Below are positions 56,161 through 64,000 of a stretch of 64,000 nt of DNA, one piece after another. Within the stretch, counting starts at the first letter, position 1. Each line of letters begins with the position of its first letter. A program made the position numbers and the translations under genes. Source of the stretch: Blepharisma stoltei ATCC 30299 (lineage: Eukaryota; Protista; Ciliophora); NCBI GenBank assembly GCA_965603825.1, contig CBFDEM010000011.1, positions 434,001 through 498,000 of the forward strand, given 5' to 3'. The notes beneath the pieces were generated by a model, which saw nothing but the letters and a program-made list of their open reading frames with translations, did not search any database and was not told the DNA's origin.

Positions 56161-59100
56161 TTAACTACTAGTTTGATTATCAGAATCAATTGTGTTAACT
56201 CCTGGAAATTCTTCTTCAAAAAACCTGGGTGTTATATCTGAAATTTCATGATTTTTCTTCTTTGTGATTCATTCTTTCCACTCTTTTAAAACTGACCTCA
56301 ATAAAATAAATCCAAAAATCATATGATTTTTCTCTTTATTCGGTAAAGAGATTCCAGATCTTCCTCGATTAACCTGACTTTTCCGTCTTAATTTTCTTAG
56401 TCTCCTCTTTGTGTCTATTTCTTCATTCCTTATAAGTTTTTTTGAGCTTCCTTGCAAATTTTTCATGTTTTTACCATATTTTCTTTTCATGACTGAAAAT
56501 AAAAAATCATTATAATACACATAGCCTTCTTCGTCCATTTCAATTTGCATTGAGAGCAACATTTTTATCACTTTATTGGCATCCATAGATTTATTCACGC
56601 CCAAATCTTTCCCAAGTTTATACATGATTTCTGGCAAAGATTTATAGCTCGTTCTTATCCCTCTGCTTTCTACACTAAACTCAGCCCATACAGATTTAAA
56701 TATTTTCACGTCACTATTGAACGAAACAATAACATTTTCACTGTCATTTTGACTTGCTTCATAATTTTGTAAAATCGCCATAACAAAAATATTGATCACT
56801 ATAAATGTTGTGAGCAGGATAAATGATACAAAAAATATTATCGTAACTGGCTTATTTGTGTGATGGGCACAGTCGAACATTATTTTTGGCCACTCTTCGC
56901 CAGTCGAGCACCGAAAAAGTAATAAAACAGCATTTCCAAAGTTTTCGAAGTTTGTGTGATCATCAATTATTTCGCCATGCTCAACAGAATGGAACAAGAA
57001 AACTCCTAAAAGAGCATAAATTGAATAAATCAGAATCAAAATAGATGAAATATTCAAGATAGCTGGGATTGAATAGGAAATAAGTGATATAAGCTCTTGA
57101 AGGCTTTTGAAAAACTTAAACAGGCGCAAGCCTCTGACAACTCTAGCAACTTTTATTGATCGAGCTAGTTGGGGACCAACTCTTAAAAATATCCCAATTG
57201 AATAAGAAGAATACTCTAAACCTAAATCTGCGCATAAAGCTGCAGCAATTGCAAAGTCAAATTTATTTCAAGAATCGTGGAAATAATTTTTCAGGCCAAG
57301 TCCAAATATTTTCAAAAATGCTTCGAGAATAAATATAAAAGTGAATGCCAGATTAATCATATCTAAGGACTCGGTATATGATGATGCAGCGCCATCGTAA
57401 TACATTGCCATTTGAATCATGTTCAACATTATACAAACTAAAATAAATCCTTCAAAAATTCAGTTTTGGCATAAATTGTAAACAGTTTTTCGTAGACAAT
57501 TTTGAGGTTTTTGGATAATTTCGATGCTTGGCTTTGATTTTTGAATTAAATTTTGCAGCTCATATCATGCCATTTGTTGCTTGGTCAAGACTAAGGAGGC
57601 TAACGAATTTTCTCCATTTTTAGCTTCGTTAAATTTCTCAAAAATGACCCCAGAAATGAGATTTATAAAAAAAATTGAGGTCATAATATAAACCACAAAA
57701 AAGTAAGCTGCATAAGTATTATAATCAGTTTTTGGAGCGACTCCTTGACTTTTTCCATCAATAGCTGAATACATTATATCAGGCCAAGCTTCTCTTGAGC
57801 AGAGAATAAATAAAGCTAATAATGCTTCTGCTACATTATCGTAGTTAATATCTTCTACTATTCAGCTTAATCCATATCTTTCACATTCAGCTTGGGTTTC
57901 TATCAGAGGGTTTGAACAGTTATAAAGTTTCCCAGCAAAAAGAGATACAGCTAATATTGCAAAGATTAATCAAACTATCAGCATTGCAATGGCAACATTT
58001 ATGATGGACAGAATTGACTCATAAAGAGCTATTATTGCAATTCTCAATGAAACGCTGTGGGTAACAAGTCTTAAAAGGCGAAGGACTCTTAAAAGCCTCA
58101 AAACTTTTATAAAAGATAAGTTCCAATCAGAGAGCAATAAATCAATGACAGAAATCAATACGATTGAAAAATCAAGAATGTTTCATTCATCCCTAAGAAA
58201 TGTGTGTTTTTCTAATACTAAACCTTGTGTAATAGATTTGATTATTATTTCTAACCCAAATCAAATAGTAAATCCTATATCCAAGTAAGATGATACTCTA
58301 CTTTCAGAAGAATTCGAATCGGCATTTATCAAATAAGTGTCTCATATAAGCTTTAGTGTACTTCCTATAATCACAATTAATGAAAAAAATTCAAACTGTC
58401 GGCTTGATGATATTTTGCTGCAAAATCTCCGAATTGAGTTATTTATTAAAAAAATAAAACAGCTTCTTTCGCAATAGCTTACCTCATATAAAGCAATTTT
58501 TGACTTTGATTTTGACCGCTTGAGGTGTTCTAAAGATGCACTATCATCACTATCAAGTTCTTGCATGCTGTCCATTAATTTTAATTTTTCAATCTTTCTC
58601 TTTTGGAACCTCTGGCTTATGCTTGAATAAATGCTTTCTCTTTTGAACGAAATGGTTGAATTTTCTCCTTCAGAAGAACTTTCTCCAGAATCAGATATAA
58701 ACATGTCAAAAATCAAGGCTAAAAATATGTTAAGCAAAATAAAATGGCCCAGCACAAGCCAAACAAATGGAAATAAAGCAGAGGCATATCCTTTGCTAGA
58801 TCTCATACAGTTATAAATAACAGTATTCACCCTTTCTTCAGTCATTATTTGAAAAACTGTCAAAAAAGAATGATGAAAATCATCAAAATTATATCGCGCT
58901 TTTCCTTCTGGGAAATTGAAAGATCCAGAAAAAATTTGAACACCCAAAATAGCAAAAACAATTAAAAAAAGTGAAAGAAAAATGAATAAATAAAAAATAT
59001 TCAGACTATTGTTTGATAAAATTGTGATGAGGTGAGAGATAAATCTCAAATATCTAAACAGTCGTAAAACACGGATGACTCTGAAAATTCTGAATATTCT

Positions 59101-61803
59101 GATAGCTCGAAGAGCACTTAGCGTTGATCCTGATCCTGAAATAAAAAGTAATTCAATAAGAGATAACATAGTTACTATTGCATCAAAAATATTCATTTTG
59201 TCTCTAGCATAGTCTTTAACTCCAAAAGAAATAATTTTTGCTCCCATTTCAACAATAAAAATAATAGTAATCAAATAGTTGATCATTGATAAATAGCTGT
59301 TTAGGGTTGAGTCAATACCATAATGCCAAGTGGCAAGTGCAATTGTATTTACAATGACGCAAAAAATCATAAAATTGCTGAAAATCTTACCTTCCAATAT
59401 TTTTTTCAACGGAAACATCAACTTTTGCCAAGCCCCAAAAATTCCTTTTTCCCATATCCGATAATGTAGATTATTTAGTTCGTCAATTCATTCATCTGTG
59501 CGTTTATTTAAGTTCACATCAAAAGCTGACCAATCTCCAATGATTTTTTGATCAAATAAATCATTATTTCTTATTTCCCCAATTATATTAGGCACATTTA
59601 TTGTAGTCAGATGAAAAGCTTTTTTCATATGATATCTTTTAGACAATTTTTCGAAAATTTCGAATCTTTGCATATCATTGAATTTAGCCAGAAAATCTGT
59701 GGTTTCATTGTTCCATAATTGAGTCAAACTATATAGCTTATCATAAATTTCAGACCCATCTCTATATCTGAAAGAATAATGCATTTGTTTTTGTAAAGGT
59801 ATTTTCTTTGAAGCAGGCACTATATCACTTATTGATTCATAGTTAATTGAGGAATTTTCTACCAAAGAAAACATCACGTCTGAGTTTTTATTTTTCTTGA
59901 TTTTGTCTTGCAGCCCCTTTCCTATCTTAAAAACACTTTTTGTTCTTTTCACAACAGATAATGGCTGAATTCTTGTCTCTTTCCTAATTCTTGCTCTTTT
60001 TCTTGGAAGTGTAAAATCAATACTCTCTAACGAGTCTCCTTGATTTTGATTTTCATCTGATAAATTTTCCCCTATAAAATTGCCTTTAACCTCATTAGAA
60101 TTAATGGAAATAACTGATGAAAAATTATTGCTACGCTCTATAGCTGTTTTTAATTGTGATATAAAAAATTCAGATTTTGGCGTTTCTTCATGCATAATAA
60201 ATATTTCTGATTTTCTTTTCGGTGCAACAAAATCATTTGTTGAAGAGTCAAATAAATGGGTTTTAGACTTATAATATTTCGGAAAAGACTCACGGACTAG
60301 CGATTTTTCACTATCCTCGACTGGATTGTCTGCAAAATCAGATATTTTATTTATATTGCAGCCATTAATTTCAACTTTATATGGAGAGTCTTCATCAAAA
60401 CTGTTTAAATTCATATTTTCTATAAGCGAAGAATGCAGAGAGACCTCATTATTTTGCATTTTTTGGGCCAATCTTAATTCGTCCATATACTTTGTGAAAT
60501 TTGAATACAAAATGACTTCATTAAGATTGAGTAGCACATAGACACCAATAAATACTAATGAAATAAAAAATAAATATGAAACGACATTATTTGATGCCAT
60601 TTCTGCAGTCACCATATAGTCAAACCAACCTTGCTCTGTTATACTCATAAGAGTTGATAGCCAAGCCCAAAAAATATTGTCAAAGTTATACATCCCATAG
60701 AAAGGATTATCTAAACCCTTCACACAAATCTCTTCATCAGGACAAGTAGAATAAATGCATACATGCTCAATTTCAATGATTTTGCCATTGCTAATTTCCA
60801 TGCAATGGTATTTAAATGACCCAGACCACAGCTGAATCCCTGCGATTGAAAAAATTGTTAAGAAGAAAAATAGTATCACAAAAGCATTTAGCAGAGGCCA
60901 TAAAGATCCTACTAGAGATAAAAATAATATTTTTACTCCTTCTATTGCAGTAATATTCCGAAATATCCTAAATGTTCTCAGTACCAATAAATTAGCACCG
61001 CTTCCTATTATTTGGTCTAATCAAGAAATAAATAGTATCAAAAAATCGAAAATATTTCATGGGTTTTTAAAATATGCTTTTTCTGTTACTAATAAACCAT
61101 TTCCCATTATTTTTAATACGCACTCAATAGAAAAAATATACAAAAATGCATTGTTTATGTGATCAAATCATACCTGTTCGGAATCTGTATTCTTGATAGA
61201 AGGATCTTCCAAAGCCAGCACAATGGTATTAGCTAGAATGGATAAAATAATAAAAATTTCAAAAATTATATTTGTAGTAACCAAATATGAAAACTCTATT
61301 GTTGCACTTTTTATTCGTAAAATGGCTTTTCTTAGCTCAAGGAATGGCCAGCTATCGTCTAGAGTTTCAATTTTCTCTAATGTAGTAATTTCTCTAATCT
61401 GGATAAAATTTTTCAACAACTTAACTTCTTGCTCATTAAAAAACTCAGCCAAGGCATTATTTTCAGTGGCTAACTCGTCTTGAACTTTAATATTGCTTTC
61501 AAAAATGGTATTATTTGTAAGAGCTCCCTGCACTGAAAATAGAGAAGAAATTTTTGTAAAGAAGCTTGACGAATTTGTCTCAGTATCAAAATTAGTTTCG
61601 CTCAATTCAAAGAAAATAGGGTTATATTCAGCCATTCTATCTATACTCAGTCTCTGCTCAGAGGATAATTCAGGCTCAGAAGATCGATTCGTGATTTCTT
61701 CATCACTGGATAGAAATTTCGAGCCACTGTAAACTTGAATATTTTCTTCAGAATATAGATTTGTTTCTTTTGGATCATTATAATTTTGAGCGAAATTTCG
61801 CAT
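56161..61803 (-). CDS. Four-domain voltage-gated Ca2+/Na+ channel alpha subunit (about 1880 aa)
   Basis: Six track ORFs lie in one frame and are joined or extended by 13 TGA=Trp, with no TAA/TAG in the gaps. Four S4 segments (RTFRIFR; RAIRIFRIFRVIRVLR; KVLRLLRVLRLLR; RSIKVARVVRGLRLFK) and four pore loops. TAA at 56161-56163. Confidence 0.92.
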
Positions 61804-62006
61804 TTAATATAAAAAAGAAGGTTTTTTTTTGTTTAAGAAGAACTTTTAAAATATTAACATTAAAACAATTTTAAATTAATTATTTATTTATGATAATTGA
61901 AATTATTGATGCACAAATATAAATAAATATATTATAGCCTATTCTACTTAATTTTCTCTAAATGAAATAGTATTACTGAATAAGCATAACTCGCAGATTT
62001 AGTATA

Positions 62007-63023
62007 TTATAGTCTGCTATATTCCTTAGATATGACAACTGTCCTCATCCTAGTTGGGTTCCAATTTGAATGTTCAGGCGCCACAATTTCAGAAGTCTGA
62101 GGATTCACATCCACCCAAAGCTCAATCTCTGGGTCTGAAGAATATTTTCCACAGAACCCTGATTCCATACAAGCACGAACCGTAATCGAATATGCACAAT
62201 TCACAAACTTTCCTTTAGTTGTCCACATCTCACCAATAGCGCTCTGCAAGGAATCCAAAGGAATTTCTACTTCGCTTTCCTCGTCTTCTAAAAGTGAGTG
62301 TTTTATAGGCACTTTTGCCTGAAAGCTATGCAAGCTTTCTTTAAATACTCTTGTTTTTCCATTATCAGACTTCAATATAATAGTCCTATATAGCGTGATT
62401 TCATAATTACTAACGCTAATTTTGCATCTCGAAGTATCGAGTTCTAATGTTAAATAAATAAGCCCATTGCATATATAGGACGTTCTGTTTGCGGTTGCTT
62501 TCAAAAAAATAGCTCCTCTTGAAAACCAGCAAAATCCTGAAATTTTCATAAGAGCGCTTGAAGAGAGAGGGTCCACTTGGTGTCTATTTACCTGAACAAT
62601 ATTTACAGGCAAAGTCACTGAATGTGGAGGGACAGTGGAGAGCGTGGCTTCAAGGGTGTATATTACTGATCCACTGCATGAGTCATTTTCTAAAATAAAA
62701 GTCCCAGGGAGATCTTCGGGAAGATGGATAGAAAAGGGGTAAATATACTCGCCTTTTCGAGCTTGATTCGGCCATGTGTATAAGTTAAATTCCTTTTGGA
62801 TTATGATGCTACTTCCGTTGTGAGATTCTGATGGGCTGCTTTGTGATTTAGAAGGAGAGTTTTCTTTTCAGGAGCAGGCTTCTTTTCCAAGAAATGTGAG
62901 GTTTATGTCTCTGCATTCAATGTTTCGAGGGATTCTGAGCCAGACTTCACCTTGCAGGAATCCACCTGATAAAAATGTTGTCTGTTTGGTTTTAATATAA
63001 AGAATAATGTCTTTACTTGACAT
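62007..63023 (-). CDS. Arrestin-domain protein
   Basis: ATG at 63023; LQGEVWL, GKEACS-W(TGA 62868), GEYIYPFSIHLPEDLPGTF, TTKGKFVNCAYSI. Confidence 0.8.
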
Positions 63024-63408
63024 TTATATGTATTTTGTAGCCTAGAGCTAGTAAAATTATAGTTAATACTCTTTTCTTATTTAAGTGAATACGCTAATAA
63101 CAATATGCTTCAATTCATGACTAGATCGATCTATTAAGATTCATATTTTATAATAATTATGAATATCAATAATGTTTGTATTCCAAAAAAGTAAGCTATT
63201 TTTTGAAACTATTATAGCCAATACACAAGATCGCACTTCCTGCTCAGTGCTTTTACTGGAATGTCATAATGTATTCATCTTTCATAGATTTGATTTTATA
63301 AGTCGTTTTCTAGAACTCCTCTTCCTATTCTTATCCCCATATTTTTGAATTTAAAATTAAATGTACCCTCAAAAAGCCAACCCTGCCATTTTCTTATAAT
63401 AATAATAA

Positions 63409-63993
63409 ATGGAAACCATTAAACAATCCTCCAGTGAAAATGAAGGATCATTGCGATTATCCAAACGAATCCGAAAGCCGACTGTTCACTTCACTCTTGA
63501 CACAGCTCCTTCAAAAAAAACACCTGAAAACGCCTCAGTTAAAATGACTTACAACAAGCCCAAACTGCCACCTATCCACACAAGTTTCATATCTCCTACA
63601 AGCATAAAGCTGGATACTGTTCTCGCAAAAGGCCTAAAACAGTTAAAAATCAGCATATCGGATGACTATATTGTCGTTTACTATTCCAGAGAAGAAAGGA
63701 GTAATTATTATATAGGATGGAAACATATAAAAAACTTTGAAAATATAGATATAGGCATGACCTACAGACTGCGTGTATATAAGAAACCTGAGAAGAAGGT
63801 AGAAGTCAAAGCTGTTGAAGCTCCAAAAGTGGCTCTGCCAGTGGAAGAGAGCCAGAAGAATGCTATGGCTAGTAAAACTCCTGGGCAGACCAGAGAGATG
63901 ATGCAGCTGTACGGGTTTTACTGTTACTGGTATTATATGATGTCGATGAGAGGGTATCAGGTACCGAACTTTTCTCATTATGGTCAGAATTAG
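63409..63993 (+). CDS. Hypothetical protein
   Basis: 194-aa ORF, ATG in taaATG context, TAG stop. Confidence 0.6.
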   Translation: METIKQSSSENEGSLRLSKRIRKPTVHFTLDTAPSKKTPENASVKMTYNKPKLPPIHTSFISPTSIKLDTVLAKGLKQLKISISDDYIVVYYSREERSNYYIGWKHIKNFENIDIGMTYRLRVYKKPEKKVEVKAVEAPKVALPVEESQKNAMASKTPGQTREMMQLYGFYCYWYYMMSMRGYQVPNFSHYGQN

Positions 63994-64000
63994 AATAGCT

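Noticed and set aside
7677-61803. Reading in-frame TGAs as pseudogene stops or selenocysteine
   Set aside because: Wherever a family motif can be aligned they fall at Trp positions, across many unrelated and otherwise intact genes, not at catalytic Cys positions.
554-63978. Many short antisense or overlapping ORFs in the track (e.g. 554-805, 14917-15396, 37068-37481, 51357-51971, 63643-63978)
   Set aside because: They are shadows of real genes on the other strand or frame, are Ser/Phe/Leu-rich, have no motifs and often start at GTG/TTG.
1-64000. Prokaryotic or mitochondrial origin, operons, CRISPR arrays
   Set aside because: Gene content is nuclear eukaryotic with spliceosomal introns. No repeat-spacer array was seen.
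1-64000. tRNA, rRNA or telomeric repeats
   Set aside because: None recognised by eye. A tRNAscan or Infernal run is needed to exclude short RNAs formally.

Overview
AT-rich, gene-dense eukaryotic DNA, most consistent with the somatic (macronuclear) genome of a Blepharisma-like heterotrich ciliate (inferred, not proven). In-frame TGA falls repeatedly at conserved Trp positions, every gene ends in TAA or TAG, and there are tiny GT-AG introns (five of 15 nt, one of 17 nt). The supplied ORF track therefore splits many genes. Re-read with TGA=Trp, the window holds about 40 protein genes, including two SCOT-like CoA-transferases, ASNSD1, PLRG1, eIF3g, GST-theta, a double-UBC E2, dynamin, an ankyrin-AGC kinase, DNAJB13, a Qc-SNARE, DPH5, a MORN protein, ANP32, a WD40/TRP-like channel and a four-domain Cav-like channel. 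Elements absent from the ORF track: a dual-guide box C/D snoRNA, a 61-bp GC-rich nested palindrome, a U-box/Kelch pseudogene and a decayed pogo/CENP-B-type transposase fragment inside a tandem duplication. The ORF at 5674-6174 is a chimeric gene apparently made by microhomology-mediated duplication. Also notable: both SCOT copies lack the catalytic Glu, ASNSD1 has a UPF0488/C8orf33-like C-terminal fusion, the Cav-like filter reads Q/E/E/E, and some genes are only 4-7 nt apart. All family calls come from motif recognition by eye; no searches were run.
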